From: Minutocellus sp. GHC0000111
Lineage: Eukaryota
Reading direction: 5' to 3'
Assembly (NCBI GenBank): GCA_977018835.1
Contig: OZ361260.1
Coordinates: 4,030,001 to 4,094,000 of the forward strand
Length of the DNA: 64,000 nt
Shown here: piece by piece, positions 22,512 to 35,200 of the stretch
Layout: each line of letters starts with the position of its first letter
How positions within the stretch are numbered: the first letter of the stretch is position 1
Made by a program: the position numbers and the translations under genes
Notes under the pieces: generated by a model
Seen by the model: only the letters and a program-made list of their open reading frames with translations
Told to the model about the DNA's origin: nothing
Databases searched by the model: none

Positions 22512-22565
22512 CAAAATAGCATAAGTATCTCTCTACCTAGTACACGCCCAATCATTTTGTTACTT

Positions 22566-23234
22566 TTACCAGTCTTGATCACCCCCCGGAGTAAATTTCT
22601 TAGAAAGATTTCCACCCGTAACCTCTTTCTCAGTTGGTATCTTGTCAACTTTGCCAGCGTTCTTCTTAGCTTCCTCCATCACTTTCGACAAACTTATCTC
22701 CGGCGTCTTCAACTGAACGCAGAGGAGCTTGAATTTCGCTCGTATCCGTTGGATACGTCCTGATATATCCACTGGGCCACTATCCCGTGCTTTTTCTTGT
22801 TCACTATCGCCAATCCCTTCTGCATTTGAGTCCTCACCATCGTCATGCGATAATTGCTTCTCTTCACTGGCATCATCTGTTGCTTGTTGAAATATTTCGT
22901 CGGGCGTAGGGAACGCATCGATCATCGAGAGCAACTCGTCGGCGGATTTCCCAATCTTTTCCATTTTCCGAAGTGTCGCGTCTGTATCATCCTTTGCATC
23001 TAAGTTCTTATCATCCGACGAAGCCGAGTTTGACACTACCATTGATTGCCGAATGGCCTCGGCAACGCCTCTCATGTACCCAAGCTCGATGCCGACCTCG
23101 ATCGCCTTTTGTTGTCCGAGCTTACGACCTTCGTTGAAACCGGCTTGGAGACCGGCTTCGCTCCCCTCTCGACGGCCATCGTCAAAATTGACCTGGAACG
23201 GATCGAGGCATAGGTCTTCAAAGTCCAAGCTCAT
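22566..23234 (-). CDS. LTO1/ORAOV1-like (Yae1_N deca-GX3) protein
   Basis: GxxxG repeats FDDGRREGSEAGLQAGFNEGRKLG..GIELGYMRG and C-terminal RIRAKFK. Confidence 0.8.
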   Translation of the reverse strand: MSLDFEDLCLDPFQVNFDDGRREGSEAGLQAGFNEGRKLGQQKAIEVGIELGYMRGVAEAIRQSMVVSNSASSDDKNLDAKDDTDATLRKMEKIGKSADELLSMIDAFPTPDEIFQQATDDASEEKQLSHDDGEDSNAEGIGDSEQEKARDSGPVDISGRIQRIRAKFKLLCVQLKTPEISLSKVMEEAKKNAGKVDKIPTEKEVTGGNLSKKFTPGGDQDW

Positions 23235-23681
23235 GCTTTGTTCGTGCTCTCTGTTGGTTGGTTGGCGCTAGCGCTGGCCATCGAAAATGAGGGCGCTACG
23301 CCGTGGGCGGCAAAGCAAAAAATAAAAGTAAAAGTAGGGAAATGCCTGCAGACCTCAGTCGTCACGAGCTCCACAACCGATGGCACACCGAACACAGAGG
23401 GTTTGAGGGAATTTAAAACTAACTACTGAGAGAGAGAGAGACAGGCTCTGGGAGCCGGTACTGTAAGCTGACTTAGCAATTGCAACGGCAGCAATCGCAG
23501 ATGGTTGTGGCCTGGTCAGTTGAGACGAGAGGAGGCGAAGGTGGTGGTCAGCAGAAAAACTGGGCACTACAGGAATGCAGTTTTAGTGCCTGCTGCTAAC
23601 CACCGTCGCCAGCTCATCCCCACCGTGCGGTACCCACAACTTTTCCAGCCATCAAAACTCGAACCAAAAAGTGAAGCAACC

Positions 23682-24341
23682 ATGGCAGCTCCGCAACCTC
23701 AAGCCGCCGTCGACATGATGGCCGAATTCCAGGCAGGCGTTACGGCAGCCCTGCGTTCCTGGTCGGCCCTCCGAACCTCAGTGGAAACGGAGTGGGGCGG
23801 CGCCGAATCGCACGCCAAGGCCGAAGACCTACGGGCCAACATATTGTCGCAATTCGACACATCTGGCAAGCCCAAGATGCAGCAAGAGGAATTGGAGGAC
23901 AACCTGGCGGATTACATGGAGGAGGAGTTCAGTGTGGTGCTGGAAGATGGGAGCGAGCGGCAGCTGGCAGACGTCATTTATCGCATGTACGAGGCCTGTG
24001 CAAAGGGTGACGTGACGCTCTGTCGCCAGGTGGTGGCGAATGCGCAGACGGTCGTAACGTCCCAGCCGGCCCAAAAGGCGGTTGTGCAGACGGAAGGAGA
24101 GCTCGATGAGGATGATGACGATGATAATATGGGCAGCAGTATGCAGGTTCAAACGGCAGCAACTGCAGCGTCATATGCATCTGAGGGTTTGTTTGGTCCG
24201 GTACCCACGGCCAAGCCACAGGCGGCGAATGTACCACCCCCAAGACAGCTTGGAGAGGCTGCGCCGGACAAGCCACAGGTCGAAGTCGACGACGATGGCT
24301 TCGCAGCTGTAGCCCCAAGAAAGGGACGCAGGGGAAGGTAG
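23682..24341 (+). CDS. TSR2: Pre-rRNA-processing protein TSR2
   Basis: WSALRTSVETEWGG motif, LADYMEEEFSVVLEDGS, acidic tail VDDDGF..RKGRR. Confidence 0.88.
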   Translation: MAAPQPQAAVDMMAEFQAGVTAALRSWSALRTSVETEWGGAESHAKAEDLRANILSQFDTSGKPKMQQEELEDNLADYMEEEFSVVLEDGSERQLADVIYRMYEACAKGDVTLCRQVVANAQTVVTSQPAQKAVVQTEGELDEDDDDDNMGSSMQVQTAATAASYASEGLFGPVPTAKPQAANVPPPRQLGEAAPDKPQVEVDDDGFAAVAPRKGRRGR

Positions 24342-24735
24342 ATTTAAATCTTTGTAATAAAGTACTGCATTTTAAACAGGCCAGGAAGTTCAGTACCATG
24401 AACGCCAAACAAAACGGCCTCTGCTCGAATAACCCTTTTCTTAGTAAAGATTTACACAGCGCGCCGAATTCCAACCAATCGGCAGTCTCCATCAGACCAT
24501 TGTCACACCATCAGCCGGGTGAGCGAGAGGGGAGACTCGACGACAACATCAACACAGCATTCTGCCATCAGTAGACCCTACGGGACCGACAAAAATGCCG
24601 CCGTCGCCATCGTGCACATATTTCAGCTCTTCCCTGCTCGCCCACCACGACATGTCCCAAATAAATAAAGTATACACACAAAATTGATTTTTTTGTTTTG
24701 TTTCTAGTTCATCATGCATGTATCGCGTACGAAAT

Positions 24736-25386
24736 TTACTCGGACCTGCCGGTGGAGGCAATGTTGCGCTTGAGCTCATCGATCTTGGTGTCGAGGCGCT
24801 CCTCGGCCTCCTTCTCGAGCTTCTTGATCTGGGCCTCGAAGTCCTTCTCCTTCCATTCCGGGGGAGCGGTCCACTCGGCGGTCTCGGCGTTGAGGGAGAC
24901 CGATCGGGAGGAGGCCCTGTTGTTGGCAAAAAGAGAGATTTGGGAGATTCGTTTGGTGAGAAAAATATTTGGTGTTGGGAGAGAGAAAGTGGCTGGCGAA
25001 AAAAGACATGCGGCGACCGACTGCCAACGTGACTGCGCGAATCGAACCATCATTGTCGCCCAATTGTATGGCAGCGCCAAGCCCATCACATTTGTATCAT
25101 ATCCTCAAGCGTTTCCCCTTCACAAGTCGCTGTCTGCTTGCCGCCGGCATTTGTTTCGTTTCGTGGTGCTGTATCCCAGCATTTTTGCAAGTGCACTACC
25201 AACGGATTTAGCATTCGCTACCGCAAGGGGGGAACCCATGGTCTCGACCGATACTCGTCCGTGCCGCATCCAGATACCGTCGCCATCGACAACCTGATCA
25301 TCCATTACGAAGGAGAAAACTCACGAAGGGGCGGGGGCGAAGGCGGCGGCGGAGCCGATGAGGGCAAGGACGGCAAGGACACGCAT
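24736..25386 (-). CDS. Small plastid-targeted protein (~80 aa), intron 24917-25324
   Basis: Exon 1 MRVLAVLALIGSAAAFAPAP; GTGAGT donor and CAACAG acceptor restore the frame into SASSRSVSLNAETAEWTAPPEWKEKDFE…; strongly biased codons. Confidence 0.75.
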
Positions 25387-25935
25387 CGTTACGAGGTTGA
25401 GGTTGATGGAGGAAGCAAAAAAGAGTGGAAAAAGCATGCGGAAGCAGGGGAAAACAGCGGCGAACGACTGGTGGGGTGACGTATGCCGAAAATCGGGACT
25501 AGTAGGGCTACGTAGCATCTACGTACGAAAACCGGGATTCGAGATAATTTCTCTTGCGTCATCGTGAATCATGGTCTGAGTCAGGCCTTTTTTCTTCGTC
25601 GTCCAACTTCTTCGTCGCGTCGTCGGCATTCGCCAAACAACGCCGAAGGAAGATACCCGACCCATCACGTGTTCTCGTCGGCATAACCCAGCCGTTTGAC
25701 CGGATACCACACGTTCCCAGTCTCTAGCTCGTGTAGAGGCGTTTTTTGGGTTGACTGTGTTTGAAATTTCGTTGGAATTGCTGCAATATCGCCCAAGATC
25801 CCAAAGGAATCGGAACGAACGCATAAAGCAAAAACGACGAACGTTCCCATCCATCTTGACTTCTGCCGATAATACAAGTGCAGTGACTCTGAGAAACAGA
25901 TCGAATTGATTTTACGAAACGCCACGCAGAACAAA

Positions 25936-27864
25936 ATGCTCGCCTCGAACGCACTGCGATCGCTCCGCCACGGAGTGAAGCGAACTGCCGCTGCCTCGGC
26001 CGCTGTCTCTCAAAGCGCTAGCCGGTCCCTCTCCACTGATGCCTCGCAGGTCAAGGGCGATTACACCATTGTCGATCACGAATTCGACGCGGTCGTCGTC
26101 GGTGCCGGCGGCGCCGGCCTCCGCGCGGCCATGGGTCTGTCCGAGGCCGGTTTCAAGACCGCCTGCGTATCCAAATTGTTTCCCACCCGCTCCCACACGG
26201 TCGCCGCGCAGGGCGGAGTCAACGCCGCCCTCGGAAACATGTCCGAGGACGATTGGAGATGGCACATGTACGACACCGTCAAGGGCTCCGATTGGCTCGG
26301 CGATCAGGACGCCATCCATTACATGTGCCGGGAGGCTCCCGCGGCCGTTTTGGAGTTGGAGGAGTTCGGCCTCCCCTTCAGCCGGACCGAGGACGGCAAG
26401 ATCTACCAGCGCGCCTTTGGCGGCCAGTCCCTCGACTACGGCAAGGGCGGTCAGGCCCACCGCTGCGCCTGCGCCGCCGACCGCACCGGCCACGCCATGC
26501 TCCACACCCTCTATGGCCGCTCGCTGGCCTTTGACACCACCTACTTCATCGAGTACTTCGCCCTCGACCTCATCATGACCGACGATGGACAGTGCGCCGG
26601 CATCACCGCCCTCAACATGGAGGACGGCACCCTCCACCGCATCCACGCCAAGAACACCGTCCTCGCCACCGGCGGGTACGGCCGGGCCTACTTCTCCTGC
26701 ACGTCCGCCCACACCTGCACCGGCGACGGCAATGCCATGGCCATGCGCGCCGGCCTGGCCAACCAGGACGCCGAGTTCGTCCAGTTCCACCCCACCGGCA
26801 TCTACGGGGCCGGTTGTCTCATCACCGAGGGATGCCGTGGAGAGGGTGGCATCCTCCGCAACTCCGAGGGCGAGCGCTTCATGGAACGGTACGCCCCCAG
26901 CGCCAAGGATCTGGCCAGCCGCGACGTCGTCAGCCGGGCCATGACGATGGAGATTCGGGAGGGCCGTGGCGTCGGACCCAAGAAGGATCACATCTACCTG
27001 CATTTGGACCACCTGCCCGCCGACCTCCTCGCCGAGCGGTTGCCCGGTATCAGTGAGACGGCCTCCATCTTTGCCGGCGTCGATGTGACCAAGGAACCCA
27101 TCCCCGTTCTGCCTACTGTGCACTACAACATGGGTGGCATCCCCACCAACCATCACGGTGAGGTCGTCCGGTCCAAGTTTGACGCTTCGGGCAACTTTGT
27201 CGACGACGAGGTCGTCCCCGGTCTCTTCGCCGCCGGTGAATCCGCCTGTGCCTCCGTCCACGGTGCCAACCGTTTGGGTGCCAACTCGTTGCTGGACATT
27301 GTCGTCTTTGGTCGTGCCTGTGCCCTCCGCATCGCCGACATTTCCAAGCCCGGCGATGCCATCCCCGACGCCGGAACCGATGCCGGCATGGAATCCGTCG
27401 CCGACCTCGACAAGCTCCGATACGCCGAGGGCTCTACCCCCACCGCCGAGATCCGTGGCGAGATGCAGGCCGTCATGCAGGAGCATGCCGCCGTCTACCG
27501 TACCTCCGAGCTCCTCGCCGAGGGCAAGGGCAAGATCGACGAGGTCGTGCAAAAGTTCAACGACGTCAAGGTCACCGACAAGTCTCTGATCTGGAACACC
27601 GACCTCGTCGAGACTCTCGAGCTTCGCAACCTTTTGGGCAACGCCGCCACCACCATGCACAGTGCCGAGGAGCGCAAGGAGAGCCGTGGCGCCCACGCCC
27701 ATGAAAACTACCCCGACCGCGACGACAAGAACTGGATGAAGCACACCGTGGCCTACTTCGACGAGGAGAAAGGCAAGACCGATGTCAAGTACCGACCGAT
27801 CCACTACTACACTTTGGATGAGGAGGAGTGCGCCACCGTCCCTCCCATTGCTCGAGTGTACTAG
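25936..27864 (+). CDS. SDHA: Succinate dehydrogenase flavoprotein subunit, mitochondrial
   Basis: [54 protein letters not shown]; mitochondrial-type presequence. Confidence 0.98.
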   Translation: MLASNALRSLRHGVKRTAAASAAVSQSASRSLSTDASQVKGDYTIVDHEFDAVVVGAGGAGLRAAMGLSEAGFKTACVSKLFPTRSHTVAAQGGVNAALGNMSEDDWRWHMYDTVKGSDWLGDQDAIHYMCREAPAAVLELEEFGLPFSRTEDGKIYQRAFGGQSLDYGKGGQAHRCACAADRTGHAMLHTLYGRSLAFDTTYFIEYFALDLIMTDDGQCAGITALNMEDGTLHRIHAKNTVLATGGYGRAYFSCTSAHTCTGDGNAMAMRAGLANQDAEFVQFHPTGIYGAGCLITEGCRGEGGILRNSEGERFMERYAPSAKDLASRDVVSRAMTMEIREGRGVGPKKDHIYLHLDHLPADLLAERLPGISETASIFAGVDVTKEPIPVLPTVHYNMGGIPTNHHGEVVRSKFDASGNFVDDEVVPGLFAAGESACASVHGANRLGANSLLDIVVFGRACALRIADISKPGDAIPDAGTDAGMESVADLDKLRYAEGSTPTAEIRGEMQAVMQEHAAVYRTSELLAEGKGKIDEVVQKFNDVKVTDKSLIWNTDLVETLELRNLLGNAATTMHSAEERKESRGAHAHENYPDRDDKNWMKHTVAYFDEEKGKTDVKYRPIHYYTLDEEECATVPPIARVY

Positions 27865-28009
27865 ATTGATAGGCTTGGGCATTTTCATGTTAGATAGAAG
27901 TGGACATTACTTTGCGTATTTGATGATACTAAAATGAATTAGACATGCAGTTTTGTGATACTCTCAACTTCCTCGGTTCGCTCTCATATCATTTCAGCAT
28001 TTACACTAT

Positions 28010-29320
28010 TCAACTTAATTTGCCGTCAATATTAGCATTCTCTGCAGCTTCAGCAGCAGCAGCAGCCTCAGCCGCATTGGCCTCTTCGAGACGAGAAACA
28101 AGCATCTCTCTCGATCCATCAACATCGAGTCCCTTGTCATTCAACTCCGATCTGAGGGCCGAAACACACAGACGTTTCGGATCTCTTTCATCTAAGTCGG
28201 GAGAGGCAGGGCGCTTATCATTCGCTTCGGCAGCATTGAACAATAATTCTTCGAGCACATGCGGCGATTCCCTGAGCTTGACGTATCCATCAGTTTTTCT
28301 CACATCTTTTGCATTGGACAAAAAGTAAGCTGTGGCAGTTTCCTTAATCAAAGCACAATTTGTCCCATCGGCAAACAGAAGGAGCTCCGCCACATTATCA
28401 ATATTAATACTGTTGGATGAAACAAGATCTTGCTCTGCAAGTAGTTTACTATTGGTACACCCAAAGCGATCTGCTGCGCTGATGAGTGGTTTCAACACTT
28501 CAAGACTCTTCTTATCTTCAGGGATTTCGCCACCATAGACTGTGAGCATCAATAGCTGAAAGATATCTGGAGAAACTCCCATGATCGGAATCGAAGTTCG
28601 TTCGTCGTATTCGCTGACGAGGGAATAGAGTTCGGGAGCACGGACTTGGAGTAAGCCGGAGAGGCAATGAAAAGTTCGGTCGCCTACCTGGAACACAACG
28701 TCGGAATTCTCCTCGCAAGCCTTACCGAGGACTTTTACCATGTCTGCTTTGATTGAATTTGCTGGCTTGTACGAGCGAGGAATGCCTACTTGAATGTCAA
28801 CATCGATATTAAAACAGCCACTGGAATCAAGTAGATTTTCCGTTGGTTCATCTGCACGAATTAGAAGAACTTTACTCCTTCGTACAAGTTTTTCGTCTCC
28901 CCATTCGTCAAATTCGTCGCCATACACATTGACTTTTTCGTCTCCATGAGTGCGATAGCACTCACCTTGTCCAAAATGAAAGCAATTCTTTGCGTGCACT
29001 TCTTGGCCAGGCACTCTTTCATCAAGTCTAAGATAGGCTGCAACAAAACCTCGATTGCTTTCTTTATCCCCGCCGGGATAAACAAGAAGGCGCCACTTGT
29101 AACCGTGACATTCCGCTACGCCCGAAATTACCTCATCTTCAACCTCGTGCGGCAAATCTGAAAAGTTGTGAAAGACGAAACGAATTCTCTTCCACTCGGA
29201 CGGCACCAGATGTTGGGGGAAACCGGACGGTTTGTTATTGACTTTCGATACATCGGTGGGTCCCTCACCTCCGACGCGGATGATGCTGACTATTTCCTTA
29301 CTGTTGCTATTGCTATTCAT
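28010..29320 (-). CDS. MATH-BTB/POZ protein with C-terminal SAP-like motif
   Basis: MATH: HGYKWRLLVYPGG; BTB: SDVVFQVGDRTFHC..FQLLM; BACK-like ELLLFADGTNCALIKE; SAP-like LCVSALRSELNDKGLDVDGSREMLVSRL. Confidence 0.88.
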   Translation of the reverse strand: MNSNSNSKEIVSIIRVGGEGPTDVSKVNNKPSGFPQHLVPSEWKRIRFVFHNFSDLPHEVEDEVISGVAECHGYKWRLLVYPGGDKESNRGFVAAYLRLDERVPGQEVHAKNCFHFGQGECYRTHGDEKVNVYGDEFDEWGDEKLVRRSKVLLIRADEPTENLLDSSGCFNIDVDIQVGIPRSYKPANSIKADMVKVLGKACEENSDVVFQVGDRTFHCLSGLLQVRAPELYSLVSEYDERTSIPIMGVSPDIFQLLMLTVYGGEIPEDKKSLEVLKPLISAADRFGCTNSKLLAEQDLVSSNSINIDNVAELLLFADGTNCALIKETATAYFLSNAKDVRKTDGYVKLRESPHVLEELLFNAAEANDKRPASPDLDERDPKRLCVSALRSELNDKGLDVDGSREMLVSRLEEANAAEAAAAAEAAENANIDGKLS

Positions 29321-29675
29321 TGTGAAGGCAGACAAGCTCTCTCTACTACGTTGTGGGCACGCTGTCTGCGCTGCTGCCACGGTTGTTGTGGCTGTTGTGG
29401 CTGTGCGGCTGCTCTGACTGCTCTGATGTGATGCCTGCGCTACGCTACGTATTTGACTACTCTCGGCAAAATGGGATTGTCCCCCAAAACCATCACCTAA
29501 TAAGCCCCGCAAAACTTTCTCTGGCCACCTCATTCTTCGAAGCTCAATGGCGGGAAGTTGCCGCTTGGTACTTCCGCTCCGTCGTACCGCTGCCGCCTTC
29601 CAACCGAACACCCAATCACCTGTCACATCTAGCTCTATCAGGTCCAGAGCTGCACCACATCTGGACGACCAGCCG

Positions 29676-29913
29676 ATGCGCCTAAATCTTCCCCCGGCGA
29701 TCGGACTGGCGACAGCAACAGCGGCCGCCCTTTCCAGCACATCGTACGTTTGGGACCGCCTCGCCGCTCCTAGTCCTTTGGTTGTTGGTGTGTCGGCATT
29801 TGTCCCCTCATCGGCATTCGTTGGCAACAGCTCCCGCAGAATGTCGACTCATAGCGGCAGTTCCGCCTCGGACGTGGAGGAAAAGACCGACGGCAAAGTA
29901 TCCGCAGATGACG

Positions 29914-29948
<35 letters not shown>

Positions 29949-31973
29949 CATCCGCTGTCCCCACTCTCCAACGCATTCGATCACAGTTGGATCTCCCATC
30001 TGGATGCCGAAACCGAATCCTCCAAGCGCAAGGCGTCGGAATACACTCGACATGATTCGTCGACGGATGAGTTCAACCGAAACAAACGTCCCGTCTTCAA
30101 CGGGCACTACGTCGAGGTGAAACCAACGCCGCTCAAGAATCCTCGTTTAGTAATTCACAGTCCTGACATGGCCGAACGACTTGGCTTGGACGATGGCGCT
30201 GTCCAAAGTGAGGGGTTCACCAAATTCTTTTCCGGGGATGTCGGCGGAGCACTCAAGAAGAAGGACGGGGATGAGATCAACGGTGCCAGCACGTGGGCCA
30301 CGCCCTATGCTCTCTCCATCATTGGAACTCGTTACACGTCCAACTGTCCGTTCGGCACCGGTGACGGATACGGCGACGGCCGTGCCATTAGCATCGGTGA
30401 GGTGGCCGTATCGGGCGATCATGCCGAGCACCCTGAGGCTTGTCCTCGGTACGAGATGCAGCTCAAGGGGGGTGGGCCCACCCCCTTCTGTCGTGGTGCC
30501 GATGGCCGTGCCGTCCTCCGATCGTCCATTCGTGAATTTCTGGCCAGTGAGGCGATGCACAACCTCGGCATTCGGACGACCCGTGCTCTGAGTTTGGTCG
30601 TCAGTGACGGACCCGGCGGAGACACCAGCATGAGACCGTGGTATTCCGAGGGCAGCCAACGAGAGTTGCCCTCAATGGACGATCCTCGTCTGGCGCAGTA
30701 CAGCGATGCTCAAAAGAAGCAAATTCTCAGTCAGCTCAGGGTGCAGGCCAGAGACAACCCCGACATTATGATTGAGGAGCCGTGCGCCATCACGTGTCGG
30801 GTGAGCCCGAGCTTTGTTCGGGTGGGACATCTCGATCTGTTTGCCCGGCGTGCCACCAAGAACGTCAAGGAGGATGGGTGGAAGAAGATTTACGACACAT
30901 CGACGCCGGAATGGGATGCATTGGAAAAGTTGATTTGGCATGCCGCCTACCGAGAATTTCCCAAGACGGCCTACGAACCCTTCAAGGAAAAGGATGATAT
31001 TGGTTCGGCCGCCAAGGCATTGTTGGAAGAAAGTATGGATGGCATCGCCACCATGGTTGCTGGGTGGATTCGAGTTGGCTTTACGCAGGGCAACTTCAAC
31101 GCCGATAATTGTTTGGTCGGTGGTCGGACGATGGATTATGGACCGTTTGGCTTTGTGGACGAGTATCACCCTCTATATGCCAAGTGGACCGGAAGTGGAG
31201 AACACTTTGGTTTCCTTAACCAACCTCACGCTGGCTTCACCAATTTTGCGGTTATGGTGGAGAGCGTCTTCCCAGTGATTATTGCCCACTGCGGCCACGA
31301 TGAGGCTCATGCGTTTAAGGGAAAGCTCATGGGAGAGGGCGCCAAGATCTTTCAAAGCAAAGTCGATGAGGCATTCCGTGCTAAAATGGGCTTCCACCCC
31401 ACCGATGATGCTGCCGATGAGCTCTGGGCCGACCTTGAACCGCTCTTTCGTGAAACAAGGGTCGACTGGACCATGTTCTGGCGGCAACTGTATGAGGTCG
31501 TCAAGAAGTTCCCCGTCGATGGCACCGATCCTTCCACTGATTATGGTGACATGATGGCCACTTTGGTCGCCAATGATTCTAAGAGAGAACGGTCGAGTCC
31601 TTTCTACGAATCGTTAAACGACGAATCTCGATCCAAGTATCTAAAATGGATCAAGAAATGGAGAGAAGCGCTCGTCGCGTCATACAAGGACGGTGGAAAG
31701 TCCGCCAAGGCGATGTCAACTGGCGACGATTCTCTCTCCGCAGAGGAGCGTATGCGCCTTGCCAATCCCAAGTACATTCTACGAGAGCAGACCTTGGTCG
31801 AAGCGTACGGCAAGGCAGCCAATGGAGATGAATACATGATCAAGGAATTTCTAGATTTGGTAGAGCATCCGTGCGATGAAGGCACCGAAGAGCAGTCGTC
31901 AAAGTACTACCGCCGATCGCCTGATGATGCGCTCAAGGCTGGCGGCACCGCCTTCATGTCCTGATCTTCGTAA
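29676..31973 (+). CDS. SELENOO: Selenoprotein O / YdiU protein adenylyltransferase, Sec encoded by UGA 31962-31964
   Basis: YGDGRA, QLKGGGPTPFCRGADGRAVLRSSIREFLASEAM, QGNFNADN, DYGPFGF, NPKYILR; ends ATG TCC TGA TCT TCG TAA = MS-U-SS-stop, matching the SelO C-terminal (U/C)SS. Confidence 0.92.
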
Positions 31974-32059
31974 GCGCGTAGACTATGAAGTGCGAGCTGG
32001 ATTGTGCACCAAGCAGTTTGTTTGGAAAAGCAAAGCACTTCCAGCTTGCTTCTACGCGC
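31974..32059 (+). promoter_or_regulatory. Long RNA hairpin immediately after the SelO stop (candidate Sec-recoding element)
   Basis: GCGCGTAGA pairs with TCTACGCGC; GCGAGCTGGA pairs with TCCAGCTTGC; GTGC/GCAC; an ATGA lies in the 5' internal loop. Confidence 0.5.
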
Positions 32060-32281
32060 GAATACAAATGAGAAAATGGGTTTTATATTATTTATTGGAT
32101 GGTGAGCTAATTGATGATCCATCCGTCTACCGGATGAATGACGGCCAAAGGACTGCACTTATTGAATTGCTCAAGGCAACGTAAGTGCCTCTTTGATCCT
32201 GATATATTGGTAGATACATAACAAATAATTTATTCTTGTAGTTACGATGGCCTAAAGTTCTGTAGACACCCAATTGCGTAA

Positions 32282-35200
32282 TTAGCCCGAGACGGAGCCA
32301 GAGATTCCATCAGCGGCGGCAGCTGCATCTGAACAGGCTTGCGTAAAGTTTGTTTGATTCCCAGCGCCCGTCGGAATAGGTTCTGGGTAGCCATAATCCG
32401 TCGCACAGTTGCAAATAACAGGGCGATCTCCGGATCCACAGGTGTATTGAATCTCGCAGGCACTTCTCGTAGAACCATGGCAGCCAATGATATCGTTTGC
32501 GGCCGCAGTACAATTGATATTTTGGTACAAGTTGGCCAAGTCATCAATCATGGGCACAACATCTCCAACTGGAACAATGTTGAATGTAAGAGTGTTGAGT
32601 TGGTCTTTTGTCAGGGGCGGGTCAAATGTATCCCGGGAAAGCATGGCGTTGGGTGCAGAAAGGCCGACCGCAGGTGAGTTAGTCTGACTGCCAGTGATCA
32701 AGGCTAGTCCACCACCAAGAGAATGCCCAGTCACCTGAACTGTCGTGTATTCCGTCTCTTTCTTCAAATAGTTTACAAACGCGGTAGTCTCTCGGTAGAA
32801 TGCAACGCGGCTGATCGACTCCGACTCAAGGGAGGATACAAAGTTCACCATTTGGTGAAGGATTGGCGTCCAGAGGCTACCAATTGGCAGGATTTCTCTG
32901 AGGAGTTGGAATAGGCCGGCAGCAAGCCATAATTGAGCATCACTCATGAGATCCCAAACCGTGGCTGTACCGCGAATAGACACAAGCGCAAAATCAGGCA
33001 GTATTGATGGGAAAGTAATGAGTTTGTAGGATGCTGGCGACTGCGCAAAGTCGGGGTTGCTGAGTTTGAATGCATCAACCGTTGCAATATCGTCCACGGC
33101 AAATCCGTCCAGACCAAACCACTGATTTAGTAGGTATTGTGAATCCCCCGGTCGGACATAAGCTAGACCTGCATAAAAGGCAGCATCGGAGAGTGCATTG
33201 TCCGAGGCCGATAGTTGCAGGGCATCTGTAAGACCATCGATTTCAAGGCCTTTCTTGAGCTTGCACGTTGGATATGGCAGGTCAGGTTGCTTTGGGTAAT
33301 CAAAACCCTCAACAAGAGTGAATTGGTCGTTTGCCGGTTTGTAGCCATCACTTTCAATCGTTTCATCATCCGAGGTAGCTACCGCAGCCACCACAACAAT
33401 AACAAAAAATATGCTAAGAAAAGAGTATCAAAGGAAAAGGTGAGAAGACGAAAAGTGCAGAGTACAAAGACGATAAGTATGTCGATACAGACTTACACCA
33501 GCAATCCAAAGATGAGATTCCAGAATTTTCTTGATTTATCACTGCCAATACTGACGATTTGAGCCAGGCGCGATTTGGCCTCCCACTCCTCCTTGCTCTT
33601 GACGCCAAATAACCCTTCGTGCTTCTGTTCTTCTCCCTCTTTGAGACCGATTGAGCCAAAGCTACCGATATCCTGGATAAGAATGGAAGGGTTAAGGTAA
33701 TGCCTGGCAGCAACAAATAGTCCGAGGCAGCCAAACAAAGCGGCCGAAGGGGCGTTCCTCAAAACACACAGGTGGATCAGCGGCCAAAGATAAAATAGAA
33801 GGACTTCTGCAGCAATTACGATCCATGCGAAAACTTCAGTTGGGGCAGTAATCTTCCATTCCTCCCAAATCTGATAAATCTCAGCACTAACGCCTTCCTC
33901 GTCAGTATTGGCACTATCATCTTCGTCTTCAACACCCGAGTCTGGAGCAAGATCTTCGTAGATTCTCCGAAGGCGAAGTGTCGATTTGATACTGGGAATG
34001 CAACACAGTATGATTAGAACAATGACGATGATGAGGGCAGCCCCGGCCAACCCCATCCAGACCATGAGTCCTACCACAAGAAGTAGAAACAAGAAATTTC
34101 CAATGATGGCGCACGCAAAACTCGACCGTGCTTGGTTTCGCGTGACTGCAGAAGGCCCAGCAACCACTGGAATGGAAGAACTGAACCCAGCCTTGCAGAA
34201 AAGTTTCTCCAAACTCCAGGAATGTCGGGTGATGAAGGGTACGTTACCTCTTACTTCCTCGATGGTCCAGATACGCTTAGGCTCGTCCAGAGGCTTGTAA
34301 AAGCAGCTGAATATCTTCCAGGAAGTCATGCGGCTCATGATACTACGCTTGACCATGCTGGGCTCAATATTGGAATCGGTATAATTTCCATTCTCAGGAA
34401 GGACGACATTCCCATTGACCATGTATAGTTCCTTCTTCGTTCCGGACAATCTCGTCTTCATCCCGTGAACAACGGTTTGTCTAAGCTTGCCGAAAAATCC
34501 CATGTTTTGTCCCTCGACTTTTTCATTTGCTTGGCCGATCAAATAAAAACATGCCTGCAATTCATAATAAATCACACAGCCAGCAAAGTACGCCCAAAAG
34601 ATAATGACCGTCGAGAACCAAGTGATCAAAGAAACGGCCCACCAGTCATCTCTCTTCTGGAAAAGGGTGATGGCAAACGTAAGGAGAGGAATGCCAAGGT
34701 ACATTGTAAACGCAAGCCAATCGGTCGTGACGACACTCCAGTTGCCAAAGGTTCGCAGGAATGGATGCCCAGACCACGAATCGACAATGAATCTGGTAAC
34801 GATGGCCATGAAGATGGCGATGGAATAAACGAAGACTGGCACCGAAAACAGTACTGCGATAAAGGCGGCGACGTTTCGGTCCTGTGTGTGGGTGACACCT
34901 AGATTTGTCGCCAGATCAATGAAAAGAAACAACAACAGCTCCAAACCAAAGATGAAGAGGAAACCGCCCATAAACACCGCAACGAGACTGTAACTGGCTC
35001 TAAGAAAGGTCAGACCATATGTCGAATCCGACACCTTCTTGACTGTAAGGTAGAGTTTCTCCTTGCCTTCCAATCTACTGCTCACACCGTCACCGCCAGC
35101 ACCAGGACCACTGCCACCACTGACGCCGCTGATCTGTCTTTCAGTAGTCTTCATGGTGGCATGCTCCTGCAACACAAACTGACTGTTGGGCTGCTCGTAC

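Noticed and set aside
25912..27888. 658-aa antisense ORF over SDHA (likewise 3302-4507, 873-2537, 54903-56321, 60815-61954)
   Set aside because: Shadow ORFs expected from GC3-rich codon bias of the sense genes; no independent motifs
28010..29827. 605-aa version of the MATH-BTB ORF overlapping the SelO 5' end
   Set aside because: The upstream 169 codons are antisense to SelO and its promoter; the plausible start is ATG 29320
29915..29947. (AGC)n microsatellite
   Set aside because: Simply encodes a poly-Ser linker in the SelO N-terminal extension
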